The notes under the pieces were generated by a model. That model did not search any database. It worked only from the letters and a program-made list of their open reading frames with translations, and had not been told where the DNA came from. A DNA stretch of 63,537 nt, the filler included, from Saprolegnia diclina VS20 (lineage: Eukaryota): the NCBI RefSeq assembly GCF_000281045.1. It is 7 parts of 2 records of this genome, joined end to end, with 100 filler letters (N's around TTAATTAATTAA, not from the genome) between each part and the next. Parts side by side here need not be neighbours in the genome. Positions count along the whole stretch, not along the records: positions 27,927 to 39,924 come from NW_008246117.1; positions 40,025 to 57,698 come from NW_008246117.1; 5 more parts are not named here. One strand, written 5' to 3'. Positions 35,581-47,206 of the stretch are shown here, piece by piece. The stretch's first letter is position 1; every line of letters starts with the position of its first letter. The position numbers were made by a program, and so were the translations under genes.

Positions 35581-37722
35581 ATGGCGGCAAGCACTGTGCT
35601 CCGGTCGTTCGAGCTCGTGGCCGCCGTCGTCGCCTACCAAAGTGGGTTGCCGGCAGCCTTGGTCGCGTTCCAGCGTCTCGTCGACACGATTGAGTTTGAG
35701 CCGTTCATCGTTCATCGCCCGACCTGCCGTCGCATCCCGATTGTGCAAACGTCATTCGGACACCTCACCAACATCCCGACGCGGTTTGCGCGCCTGCCGT
35801 ACCTCCAGCGGTACAAGCACCCGAGAAAGAAGCTCTCCCACCACGCACTCTTTGTCTCGCCGATGCAGGTCGACCCGGCCTTGGCGCTGCACCTCACGAT
35901 TGTCGAAGGCAACATGGCGATCGTCGAGCAATGGCTTCGACACAAGCCAGCGCTGATTTCATCGGGCGCGCTCGAGCTCGCGGCGGCGTCGTCCCAAGGA
36001 GCCATTTTGCGACTCTTGTATGAACGGTATCCCGAACTTGCGACGCCCAAGATGATGAATCTCGTGGCCATGGCGGGCGATTTGACGCCATTGCGTTGGC
36101 TGCACGAAGCTGGCGCGATCTGTACGACCGCTGCAATGGACGGTGCGGCCATGAACGGGCACTTGGACGTCGTCATCTTCCTACATGAAGCGAGAACCGA
36201 AGGCTGCACCAACGCCGCGGTGACGACAGCCGTGCGGAATGGCCATGCGCCGATCGTTTTCTTTTTGCTGCAGCACGGTTATGAGCACACCGATATGGTG
36301 CTTCTATGCTCGACAGTGTACGATGACATTCGAACGCGCTACGTGTTGGGCACGTCCCACCTCGAGGCTATCGATGTGGTGGCACCCATGATTGCCGTCG
36401 ACGCGCTCGGTCTCTGTACATTGACGCAACGCCTCGGGCTTGCATCGCTGCGCTACTGTTGTGACCGCGGCTACCAAACCGTCACGCCGCAAGTGATCGA
36501 GATGGCGGCGGCGCAACGCGACCATGCAATGCTTCGCTACGCCCTCCACATCCTTCGTCAAACATACGCACCCGAAGCCGACGTGGCGTGGCGACCCCCC
36601 AACGACGACGACAACTTTGTGTCGTGGGACCGCTGCGAGGCCATGGACTTGGCGGCTTGCTTTGGCGACGAAATCGCGCTGCAGCTCTTGCACGACAGCC
36701 GTCTGGAATGCAAAGCCAAAAAGGCAACGCGGTTTGCGAGCTACTACGGCCACGTAAACGTGCTGCGATGGCTCCACCGCCACGGACGCCTTATCGACAA
36801 CTCGATGGCCATGGAGCTCGCAGCCTGTATGGGCCATGCCGACGTGGTGCGCTGGCTCGTCGAAGTCGGTGGCCAGGCACCGACACGAACCGCGCTCGCA
36901 ATGGCGGCCGCCAACAACCACTTCAAGATTGTCCAGTACCTCGTACACGCCATCGGTGACGACGACGACGCGATGGAGAGCGCAAACCACCGTCGTTCCA
37001 TTGTCCCGCTCCCTCATGGGCCTGACGAAACGACCTTTAGCATCGTGGAGTATCGGTCGTGCTGGCATGTATCCGGTCGGGCCGCCGACTGGGCTGCCAG
37101 CAATGGTCACCTCGAGACGCTCCGGTACCTCCTTGCGCACGGACGGGGTGTGAGTGCCCATGGAATGGACGGCGCGATTGCGTCGGGGCACTTGGCCGTC
37201 GTCGCGTTGTGTGACCTTGAGCTTGGCCTTCGCTGCAGCCACCGCCAGTTTCTCTCAAAAGCGATCCTCGGCGACCACGGTGCCGTTGTCGAGTACGTCC
37301 TAACGCGCCACTGCTGGCGCCCCGATCTCACAAGCGACGAGGTCATGGTCGACCTCCACGTGCTGCATCTCAACGCAGCGACATGTGGCAACGTGGACCT
37401 CTGGCGCATGATCGTGACAGCGTTCCCAATCGCGCTGCCAGAGCGCGTGCAAGAGCGCATCGTGGTGCGGGCAGCGGCCAAGGGCCACCTCGCGCTGCTT
37501 CGCCTCGTGGTCGAGACCTGCGGCTATCCACTGACGCCGTTTGCAATCAAAGCAGCCACGCAGTGCGGTCGCAAGCGAGTGCTGCAGTATTTGATGACGC
37601 GTGGCCCCCCGTGTGCGTCCTTATTCCGCCCCTCGGACCGCACGAGCCTATTCTATGGTTGCGAGGACGGACCGCTTTTCTACGATCGGGTAGCTGGCCA
37701 CCTGCGCATGCGACCGCTGTAA
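35581..37722 (+). CDS. Ankyrin-repeat protein, paralog of 21388-23511
   Basis: Start set at MAASTVLRSFEL by paralogy; same core and RKRVLQYL C-terminal motif. Confidence 0.92.
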   Translation: MAASTVLRSFELVAAVVAYQSGLPAALVAFQRLVDTIEFEPFIVHRPTCRRIPIVQTSFGHLTNIPTRFARLPYLQRYKHPRKKLSHHALFVSPMQVDPALALHLTIVEGNMAIVEQWLRHKPALISSGALELAAASSQGAILRLLYERYPELATPKMMNLVAMAGDLTPLRWLHEAGAICTTAAMDGAAMNGHLDVVIFLHEARTEGCTNAAVTTAVRNGHAPIVFFLLQHGYEHTDMVLLCSTVYDDIRTRYVLGTSHLEAIDVVAPMIAVDALGLCTLTQRLGLASLRYCCDRGYQTVTPQVIEMAAAQRDHAMLRYALHILRQTYAPEADVAWRPPNDDDNFVSWDRCEAMDLAACFGDEIALQLLHDSRLECKAKKATRFASYYGHVNVLRWLHRHGRLIDNSMAMELAACMGHADVVRWLVEVGGQAPTRTALAMAAANNHFKIVQYLVHAIGDDDDAMESANHRRSIVPLPHGPDETTFSIVEYRSCWHVSGRAADWAASNGHLETLRYLLAHGRGVSAHGMDGAIASGHLAVVALCDLELGLRCSHRQFLSKAILGDHGAVVEYVLTRHCWRPDLTSDEVMVDLHVLHLNAATCGNVDLWRMIVTAFPIALPERVQERIVVRAAAKGHLALLRLVVETCGYPLTPFAIKAATQCGRKRVLQYLMTRGPPCASLFRPSDRTSLFYGCEDGPLFYDRVAGHLRMRPL

Positions 37723-37980
37723 CATGTCTTGTGGACCGAAACAATTGAAACGGCTTCCATGATGGACGATATTGTCATACATACATATAACTGTCATTAG
37801 TGCAGTCCAATGTGTCCTGTGAATGTCATTATTATTGCATTGCGCAGTGACATAGTGCTGACCTACCACATCCATAGATGGCGCTGGTCGAGCTTGATCT
37901 GTACGGCTAAGATCGAACGCAGTATAAAATCAAGCTTGGGGCACCAGTTAGTATACAATGCCACTATCTCGCCAAGATAT

Positions 37981-39924
37981 CTAAAGGCGTATGGCCTCGT
38001 ACCCGATGATTCCGATGGTCATGGGGAAGTTCACCACCGACTCGGCGGCCGCCCCCAACGTCAGTAAGTACTTGAGAACCTTCTTTTGACCGAGCAGCGT
38101 CGCGACGTGGTGGACGTTGGGCGTCCATTTCAAGCCGTGGATTTGGCACAAGTGCATCAGCATAGGCACGTGCTTCTGTAGTACGGCATGTATCAGCATA
38201 AACTCTTGCGTGCGCGGGCGAGCGTCAACGGCAACGACACCCCACAGCTGCGTGAGCAACGGAATACTTCCGCTGCCGGCGGCGTACACAAGGACACGCT
38301 GGACGTCGTCGTCATCGTCGGCTCGTATCTGCAGTTGCGACAGCAAATACGATGCGAGGTCCAACCGGCGCGCTTGCAACGCAGTGCAGAGGTGGTGCAC
38401 GGTGACACCTTGACCATGCGCCGTGTGGAGGTACCGAACAACGTCGACATGCCCCTGCGTGACCGCCGCGTCCATCGTCGTTGTCGTCATGTCCACGCCG
38501 TGCTCGATAAGCAGCCGAAGGATCGCGAGGTGGCCTTGGCTCGCCGCGGCATCGACCGGACTCGTTCCAACATACGTGCTCCGGATACACCCGAGCACGT
38601 GGTCGTTGATACATTCGTGCGTGTCGTACATAGCCAGCGTTATAGCGTCGTCTTCATCGTCTTCAACATGCCCATGGTCCAAGAGGTACTGGACCAAGCG
38701 GCGATGGCCCGTATATGCAGCCGTGGCCAGCGCTGTCAGAGTCACTGGCGCGCGGCACACCTCGCGAAGATAGCGCACGGCGTTGACGTGGCCGTGCACG
38801 CACGCCATCGCGAGTGCATCGCTCTCGACACCACCGTCTTGGAACCGAGACAGCCAGTGGAGGACATGCATGTGGCCCTTCAAGGCCGCATACTCGAGTG
38901 CCCGGACCGTCACATGACCCAAATGGCTTCCGTGCAAGCGCTGCATCGTGTCGAGATCACCGTAGAAGGCAGCGATAGCCATCGTGACACCGTCGTCGTG
39001 CAGTACCGGGTGACTAGTTGCAGCCGTGTCGAGGGCCGGGAAGATGATCCACTCGTCAGTCGTTGGCCACATGGTGTCCTGGGGCGGAGCAGCTTCGAGC
39101 GTGGTGTGGTCGAGGACAAAGCGGGTCATGGCCGGGTCACGACTGGCGATGGCCGCGTGGAGAACCTTGGTTGTCATGGCAGGCCAGTACCCCGTTGCGT
39201 GCAACGTCTCGAGTGCAGTCAGCGAATGCACCGCCGGCAGAAGCGCAAACTCGGAAAGCACCGACTTGGCCGATGCGAGGACAATGGCCTCAAGGTGAGA
39301 TGTGCCGCAGACGCTCATTGTCTTGATCTCGGCGTGTGGAGCACGGTAAATGAGTGACGGCTCCACCCGTCCGACGCAGTGATCAAGGAGGTAGCGCAGG
39401 ATGGGTGCATGGCCGTTGGCAACGGCGGCCGTGGGCGCGACGATCGTACAGCCTTCATGTCTCGCTTCGTGCAGGAAGATGACGACATCCAAGTGCCCGT
39501 TCATGGCCGCACCGTCCAATGCGTCGGTGGTGCAGGACGCGCCGGTCTCATGCAGCCAACGCAGCAGTGCTAGGTCGCCCGACATGGCCACGAGGTCCAT
39601 CATCTTGGCCGTCGCAAGCTCGGGATACCACGCAAGAAGCTGTCGCAATATCGGACCTTGGGACGACGCCGCCGCGAGCTCGAGCGTCGCTGACGTGACG
39701 AGCGCTGGCTTGTGTCGAAGCCATTGCTCGACGATCGCCAAGTTGCCTTCGACAACCGAGAGGTGCAGCGCCAACGCTGGATCGACCTTGATCGGTGACA
39801 CAACAAGCGCATGGTTGGAGAGCTTGGTTGTGATGTTCGAATACCGCTGGAGGTACGGCAACGATGCAAACCGCATCGGGACGTTGGCGAGATGGCCCGT
39901 TGTCGGTGGCGTACGGTAGTTGGT
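37981..39924 (-). CDS. Ankyrin-repeat protein, 5' end lost in gap
   Basis: LPYLQRY..DPALALHLSVVEG..MMDLVAMSGD..GAAMNGHLDVV; convergent with the previous paralog. Confidence 0.9.
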   Translation of the reverse strand, partial: TNYRTPPTTGHLANVPMRFASLPYLQRYSNITTKLSNHALVVSPIKVDPALALHLSVVEGNLAIVEQWLRHKPALVTSATLELAAASSQGPILRQLLAWYPELATAKMMDLVAMSGDLALLRWLHETGASCTTDALDGAAMNGHLDVVIFLHEARHEGCTIVAPTAAVANGHAPILRYLLDHCVGRVEPSLIYRAPHAEIKTMSVCGTSHLEAIVLASAKSVLSEFALLPAVHSLTALETLHATGYWPAMTTKVLHAAIASRDPAMTRFVLDHTTLEAAPPQDTMWPTTDEWIIFPALDTAATSHPVLHDDGVTMAIAAFYGDLDTMQRLHGSHLGHVTVRALEYAALKGHMHVLHWLSRFQDGGVESDALAMACVHGHVNAVRYLREVCRAPVTLTALATAAYTGHRRLVQYLLDHGHVEDDEDDAITLAMYDTHECINDHVLGCIRSTYVGTSPVDAAASQGHLAILRLLIEHGVDMTTTTMDAAVTQGHVDVVRYLHTAHGQGVTVHHLCTALQARRLDLASYLLSQLQIRADDDDDVQRVLVYAAGSGSIPLLTQLWGVVAVDARPRTQEFMLIHAVLQKHVPMLMHLCQIHGLKWTPNVHHVATLLGQKKVLKYLLTLGAAAESVVNFPMTIGIIGYEAIRL

Positions 39925-40099
39925 NNNNNNNNNNNNNNNNNNNNNNNNNNNNNNNNNNNNNNNNNNNNTTAATTAATTAANNNNNNNNNNNNNNNNNNNN
40001 NNNNNNNNNNNNNNNNNNNNNNNNCATGTACAGATCACGCGCCAAGGACAACACGTATATTCGTGGTTAGGGCTGCCACGCAACGTAAGTAAAGCTGCG

Positions 40100-40901
40100 T
40101 TAGCCGGAGCGGAACCCGACGAGGAAGCCCGCCGCGTAGCCCGAGCCCGCGGGAAGGCTGAATTCGAGAACGTCCATCATCTTCTTGTACATGACTTGGA
40201 CGTCCTTGGAGTCAAATTTGCCATCCTACATGTTGGTTGCGCATGAGAGGATGGCAGTCGAGGAGGCGTGGAGTCGACCTTGTTGATGTCGAGCATATCG
40301 GTGATGTCGCGCTCGAGCTTCTTGTAGTTGACATCGAGGTACCCGTAGTAGCTCGCGCATTGCATGGCCATAAAGGCGCACCCGAGCATGACGGCACCGA
40401 CCTTGGAGACCTTCTTGAGCGCAAATCCGGAGCACGCGCCCATCATAAAGCCCCATGAGATCTGACCGCCCTGGCCGGACGCGAGGAAGTCATTCACACG
40501 CGCCTGGAGGTCCTCGGGCGACGTCGGCACGGTCTTCGTCAGGTCGGTCAAGAACGTCTGGAGCTTGGCCAAGGCGTCGCCGGCAGCCTTGTCGTCGTTG
40601 CTGGCGCACTGCGCATCGTCCGAGCTCGCAGCCACGACGAGGCCGAGCGACAAGAGGCCTTGGCCGGCCTTCCAGTACATGGACATATCGGGCGCAGGCC
40701 TATGTGGCGGCGTTAGCACCGTCGGGACAGGTGCGGCGAGACGTACGCGGCGAGTTCGATCGCGCGCTGCGGCGGCGCCTGCATGCGCACGCGCGTGGGC
40801 TGCTGGTAGAGGTTGGTCGGTGCAATGTACGCGCGCGCCTTGAGCTGGCGCCGGAGAACTGGGCGGCTGCGGCCGCCCGCGACGCGAAGGGCTTGCATCA
40901 T
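40100..40901 (-). CDS. FUN14-domain mitochondrial outer-membrane protein, with introns
   Basis: Arg-rich targeting-like N-terminus; QISWGFMMGACSGFALKKVSK, YYGYLDVNYKKLE, C-terminal PAGSGYAAGFLVGFRSG*. Confidence 0.85.
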
Positions 40902-41547
40902 GCTGGTCGACGTGACGCTTCTTTGTGTGTTGACACAACGCCGTGCTTGCTCTTGACATCCGGAGAGTCATCCGGATACGATCATGGGACAAAAATTGGC
41001 AGCAAAACTGCAGCTGCCTGCTTGGTCCTCGACGACGCATGATTTACTTGTCAAGCTCTAACGCCACGAAGACGACATGCCCCTAGATTGCACGGTTAAC
41101 TCGGAGGTAGACTCGCTTGGCTCACCTTGGCTAAAGCTCTTGGCTAGTAGAAAGGCTAACATGGCTAGCAGTACAAGACTACAGTCCAAGCTGCTATTGG
41201 TATATTGGCCGATACAGGTTGAGAATGCATGATTCCTGCGTCGACTGCTGCTGGTACATCAACGTGATGTTGTTGTCGAGTTGGCTTTGCGTCGCTGGAT
41301 CTGGTGCGGCACATCCGACCAACCGGTGAAGGATCCCAGCCCTCGACTCCACCGACTTGGATAGTCGCCTGATGTATCCATATTCCTATGGTCGATCCAG
41401 GATCGTTCGGATCGTTTTTTGGTATCACCAGCTCCACGCTCGCGCAAGACTGTCAGCAGCAGAGGCTCGCAAGGAGCTAAGGACAAAATCCAATTTGTTT
41501 GCCTTCCGCCGTATCCGGATACCGGATAGTTCCATTTTTGATTTGAC

Positions 41548-42199
41548 ATGGCCAGCATCAGCGACCGCTTCGTCAAGTGCCCCGCTTGCCACGTCAACAT
41601 CCCGAAGCAGGACCTTGCGATGGGCGAGGCGCCGGCCTGCACCGTGTGCCACGCGCCGTTGCCAACGACGCTCTTTGCGGCGGCGGCGAGCGCGGCGCCC
41701 GCCAAGCCGACCATCCAGCACCGGTGGGTCGCGCTGACCTCGCGCCGAGGCAAGACGTACTACCACAACAACGAGACCGGCGAAGACCGCTGGGACAAGC
41801 CCTCGGACTTTGAAACGACGGTCTCGGTGCACGAGGCGCCGCCAGCCTTTGGTACGCTCCATCTCTCGCTTCCTCTTGCCGACTTGCCTTGTAGTCCCGT
41901 TCAAGAACGACGATCCGGTCCGCAACGCCATCTTGTTGCAGCAGTCCAAGCAAGAAGCCAAGAAACATGGTATTCCCGAGAGCGTTGTGAATGCGCTTGC
42001 CAAGCAACGCGACACCGACGCGCCATCGCTCGATGCGACGATCGCTGCGATGCAGATGCAGGCTTCGGCGGCCAAGGCTGCGCCTGTCCGCGCTGCCCCA
42101 ACGTCGACGCCGACACCGCCAGCGCACGAGACACCGATGCCTGCACCTGCGAGCGTCGACGACTCGTCCTCGTCGTCCTCGTTGTGCTGCCTCATGTAA
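41548..42199 (+). CDS. Zinc-ribbon + WW-domain protein ending in a CaaX-like motif (intron 41852-41894)
   Basis: CPAC..CTVC; WVALTSRRGKTYYHNNETGEDRWDKP; ends SLCCLM*. Confidence 0.82.
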
Positions 42200-43987
42200 C
42201 ACGAACGAGCTACGGCGTCGTTGAAACGTGCAGTGTTCGCGTTGCCACTATGTGTAGTAAAGACAACAGGTGGGGGCGATAAAAGTGGCGTCAAAAAGAG
42301 CGAAGGGCCCTCTGAGGTAAATGCGATCGTGGTGGGCTCGCGCGTTACTGCTGCCGACACACGCATTACGAGAGCTCTGAGCGGCCACTGGACGAACAAA
42401 CGCTGGCAGCAGAACTTTTGACGGTACGGTGTAGTCCTTATACATCTCGAAGAGTTGCGATTCAAACGGGTCAGGTCGCGGACGCGCTGTAGGATGCGAC
42501 GGATAGTGCCATCGAGCGTCGGCGTTGCAGAGGCGACACATACCTAAACGTTGTGTAATGCCCTCGCCCACAGATTTGATTACAGTAGTAATGGCGTAGC
42601 GACCACCGTCGCTTCAAGTTGAAGCTCGTCGTCTCACCCTCGCACGATCAATTTATCTTGGTCGGGTCACGTCACTTCCCGACGACGACCCTACCCCCAA
42701 AGCACGAACCTACGAGTGTCTACTTTGAAACCGCCATTTCGGCGACACGGATCCGCTCGCTCCGAGAGTTTCACGACTGTCAGTGCACACAATATGATCG
42801 TGCAGACTGCATGAGAAGTTCGTGCAGTAGTGGTGGCGAGCTCCCGCGTGTATAAACTGAGCATGGGCACCGCACGATCTATGCACATCTATGCAACCAT
42901 TACGTCGCTGCCCAGTCCCATGCGCACTAGCACCGAGGAGGCCAAAGACGCGGACATCGCGGCTACTGCTGCCGAGGTCTGCCTGGAGCACCAAGCTTGG
43001 GGCGTTGCGACATGCCAACTCGGACGCCTCGGATTCGTCCATCTTTTTGTCCAATCATATCCCGCCATCCAGCGCGGCCTGGTCGGCGGTGGTGGAAAAC
43101 CGAATTCCACGAGGTTTCGCCCAGCTTGCAACGGCCACGTTCGTTGAACGTCACGCAATTGATGACCACGGAATCCTCGGATGTTTCGAGGGCACCATAC
43201 AAGGCGAGCTACGAGTTGCTCTGGACGAGTGCTGAGAGGCTATACCTACCTGTACGCTCCTGGTGCAAAGACGACCAGCTTCTGCAGAGCACGCGCCAGT
43301 ATACGAGTCGGACGCCAAACACCCGCAAAACCAAAAAGGATCGAAACCAGATTTCAGAACAGCTTTTGATACACCAAGCGCGAGACCAGAATGCGTATTT
43401 CGGCGAGCAGCCATCGGCTGATCCACATTACCACAATACCCATGCACGGTACAACTCCTCCAACCTCCAAGCACGCCATTCCTACAACAAAGAAGGGTGC
43501 ACACGACGCGCCATTGACCACCAGACAGGCACAGAGAAGCCGTGTATCGTTATCGAACGCAGGATGCAGTGTATGTTGATATCGCGTCGTCGTTGGCGTG
43601 TGCTGACCACCTCGATACTGGATACAGAATTCATAGGATTCGGATCTCATCTCTCAAAGCAACGAGTGCAGCATCGTCGCGGGCTGCCTCTGGCGGCTGC
43701 TTGCTTATCTGTACGAGCGACCGAGGGGTTTAGGTGGAGCGTGTCGCGACGATCTTGCCACATTATTGTGTCCCTTTTTTCTTATTCGCGGTCAAATCCT
43801 TTTCGTAATTGCTGGATCCGGGACAAACTGGGACAAAGATCCGGACCGGATGTGCCATCGCTTCTTTTCGGCACCAAAAGTCCTAATTCTCTAATTATAG
43901 GCACTCGTCGTCCTCACTCGCGCAACATAGTTTCTCTGCCGAGCCACTCGACGAAGCAGCAGCAAGACGACGACGACGACGACAAGC

Positions 43988-44946
43988 ATGGCCAACGAAC
44001 GGGAGAAGATGGACATGCACCGCGAGTACATGAAGCGGTACCAGCAGCAGGCCTCGCACCTCACGCCCGAGACCGTGCGCTACAAGGACCACTATGCGGC
44101 GCTGGGCATCCCGCGGTCGGCGACGCACGCCGAGATCCGCGCTGCGTACCGCAAGCTCGCGCTCAAGTTCCACCCGGATCGCAACCCGTCCAAGGAAGCC
44201 GAAGAGCGCTGGGACGGTGTGCCGGCGGCCTACGCGGTGCTGAGCAACCCCAACGATCGCAGTACGTGCCAAATTACGCCGCTTGAAGCCTCATGCAGAG
44301 TGCTACCTAGGTCACTACGATGCGTCGCTCGAGACGCGCGATGCGCTCGTGCTATTCTACTCGACGTACAACCCGGCCAAGCTCGACCAGTGCACGATCC
44401 AAGCGGTCATTGACGGCTGGCACGGGCGCGAGGTCGAGCTCTTCCGCATGCTCAGCGACAAGTACGAGATTGCAGCCCACTCGGGCACGAAGAGCGCCAA
44501 GGACCTCACGGACATGCTCAACATGCCCGAAGAGAAGGCGGCGGCCATCAGCAAGGACAGCATCGCGTCGGCGCCGCTGCCACCAACCTCATATTCGCTC
44601 TGGGAAGGGCTGCGCTACCTCAGCCAAGGCGTCTGCTGCGCGGCCAAGAAATCCTACTACGAAGTCAACTCGCAGGTACGGTACCGCTATCCATGGATCG
44701 ATCCGACGCGTTGGATAGAGTCCAGGGTTTATCGATCTGACGCGCAACACCAACACGCCAGGCACAGCGCCCCACACGACGAGTGCCGACACGGAGTTTG
44801 CAGACAAGGACCGACCAAAGACGACGTCGTCGGCGGCGTCGTCGCCCGAGACGGCGAGCTCGACGAGCAGCAGCCACAGCGACGCGGTGCCCGGCCCCGT
44901 CCTGCCGGACGCACCGACCGAAGGCGCGTTTGCGACGGCGGTCTAA
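43988..44946 (+). CDS. DnaJ-domain protein, multi-exon
   Basis: DHYAALGIPRSATHAEIRAAYRKLALKFHPDRN (HPD motif), AYAVLSNPNDR..YD. Confidence 0.88.
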
Positions 44947-45417
44947 GCGCATTTTTATATATATACGCTCGTACTAGAGTAGTACGAGGATACGCGTAGT
45001 ACGTGGTGTCAATCGATGACATATTGTGCACACTCTGTCCCGTGCCCCAGGATCAACTCTTGGGTTGGATAGTTTAAAATCGATGAGGGCTGGGAACAGG
45101 ATACGATCGGGTTGATTCTGGGTAACTGGGTTTATTGGTGTGCACAGGATCATTCCGGTAGTTATTGTGACACCCACGGATGACACTGGATAGCTACACT
45201 GGATAGTATTTTGGCAGCGAGGTCGAGGACGCAGCCATGGATACGCGAGGACGCGGGTATTAATACTTGCAGAGGATGATATCCGTATATTGAGCACTGG
45301 ATCGATCCGAGATAAGGACACGGGATGGGTGACCGAAGGACACGGGATCAGCGAAGGAATACACTGGATAATAGTAGTACAGAGTACATTATTGGATGCC
45401 CAATTTGGATAGCGAGA

Positions 45418-46803
45418 TTATTGCCACTTTTGCTCGTTGTCGTCGGCCCGCTTGAGCTGCCAGAGCCGCGTCGCCGGGTTCAGGACCGCGTACTCTACGA
45501 CCCGCATGAGCATTTAAGACGAGGAAGAGGAAAAGAGAATTGGAAAATGAAGCTGAAAATGAACATGAAAATAAAAATGAAGCTGAAAATGAACATGAAC
45601 ATGAAAAATGAAGAGGACAAACCTTGCAAGAGCGACTTGGCAATGTCGGCGGGCACGCCATGCGCCTCGATAAACTCACTGCGCGAGATGGACGCGGATT
45701 TTTCAAACTAGGATCCAAAATGACGTGGCAGCACGAGCGCGTCGAGTGGGTACCTCGTCGGCCAGCAACGACCGGTACGCGACGTGCGTCTTGAGGAGCG
45801 TGCTCTTGGGCAGGAGGCAGCCGCGGACGACGGTCGCGACGCGGTCGACGCACGCGCGGAGCTCGTCCGTGGTTACATTCACCGGGAGCAGCGACCGAAG
45901 CTCCTTGAAGTGTAGCACCTTGTCTAAAATCCAAGTCAATATCCAAAAAAATCCAAACAATCCTATCGGAGAAAGAGTAGATACCGGTCGTGAGGATATC
46001 GAGGACCTTCTTGTCCAAGTCGTCGTTGCCGACCATGTCGACGTCGTCCGAGGCCAGCGTTAGTGTGCTCATCTCATCGCCGTTGCGGTAGCTGAGCGCG
46101 CGAAGGTACGCGGCCGGCGTCACATCAAACTCGACGGGCGCCTCGGTCTCGCTGAAAAGCTGTTCGAACTCGTCCTTGTCTTCGTCTTCCGAGACGACGC
46201 GGAGCGGGATCCACTTCTCGCTCTGGATAAGACCCCGCTTGTATGCGTACGAGCTCTGCATGGCCGCAAGCGCGCGTTCCGACTGCCGCTTTTTGAATTG
46301 CACCTGGACCTCCTTGACGTCCGGCGTCGCGTCTGCAGCCTTCTTCTCGGTCTCGATATCGGCCATGTCGTCGTCGGAGGCCTCGTCGTCCGACTCGTCG
46401 AGGTGCTGCAACGACGGGCGCAGCTGCATGATGCTCGAGACCGGCGTCAAGTGGAGCTGGCCCTTCCGGAAGACGCCGGCGGCGTAGTTGGAGACTGGCG
46501 TCACGACATTCGAGGTGAGCGGTAGCATGGGCGGCAGCGGCGTGTGGTCTTCCGCGTTGTAGTTGGTCTCGGTGTTGACCGGGTATTCGAGCGTGACCAT
46601 GGCGTTCTCGGGCTTGTACTTGGCGCTCGCTGGTCGCGTGAGCATGCCACGGTACACCGGGCGCAGCGGGTACTGGAACACATGCCTAGCCATGCGCATG
46701 AGCCGCGAGGCTGGAAGGTGAGGCCATGGCCATACAGGTTGCCACGCAGGAAGTCGGCGAGATGCACTGGGATCTCGCACACGACGGGGTCTTCCTCGGC
46801 CAT
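45418..46803 (-). CDS. POLR3E: RNA polymerase III subunit RPC5 (Sin-like), multi-exon
   Basis: EDPVVCEIPVHL, FQYPLRP, NYAAGVFRKGQLHLTPVSSIMQLRPSLQHLD, QSSYAY...SEKW; last exon EYAVLNPATRLWQLKRADDNEQKWQ*. Confidence 0.88.
45543..45616. repeat. Degenerate hexamer repeat (TGAANN/GAAAAT) inside an RPC5 intron
   Basis: GAAAATGAAGCTGAAAATGAACATGAAAATAAAAATGAAGCTGAAAATGAACATGAACATG. Confidence 0.8.
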
Positions 46804-47206
46804 GATGCTCCCACTTGGTTGCAGATCTCGAATGGCAGCTCATTGGCTCACAAACCGTGGGCCTCATGGATGTGGCATGTGCCGAATGTAAGAGGTTACC
46901 ACGTCGACCGCGCTACTGGTATCGCCGCGGCGCCGCGTGCCGCCCTACATATTACTAGACGATCGCGCCAATCGTTCTCTATGGGCACGGGCGTTTACGG
47001 TGCGATCCTCGTCGCTACGAACGGTCCAATGTCGTGGCGGGCAGTGGTGATGGCGGCAGTGATGCCGATTTTAAATTGAAAATGCCACGACAACCATGCT
47101 ATAGATCGGCATATGCCGATGTTAGCTAGAACGCGGACATTGCCGAAACGAAGCTCGTCCTAATTAGGATATCGTCACTAGCCGCAAGCAGATGGGCCAT
47201 TTTGGC

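Noticed and set aside
42760..43750. Possible gene between the WW and DnaJ genes, including ORF 42997-44286
   Set aside because: No recognisable motifs or consistent exon structure; the long ORF overlaps DnaJ out of frame.
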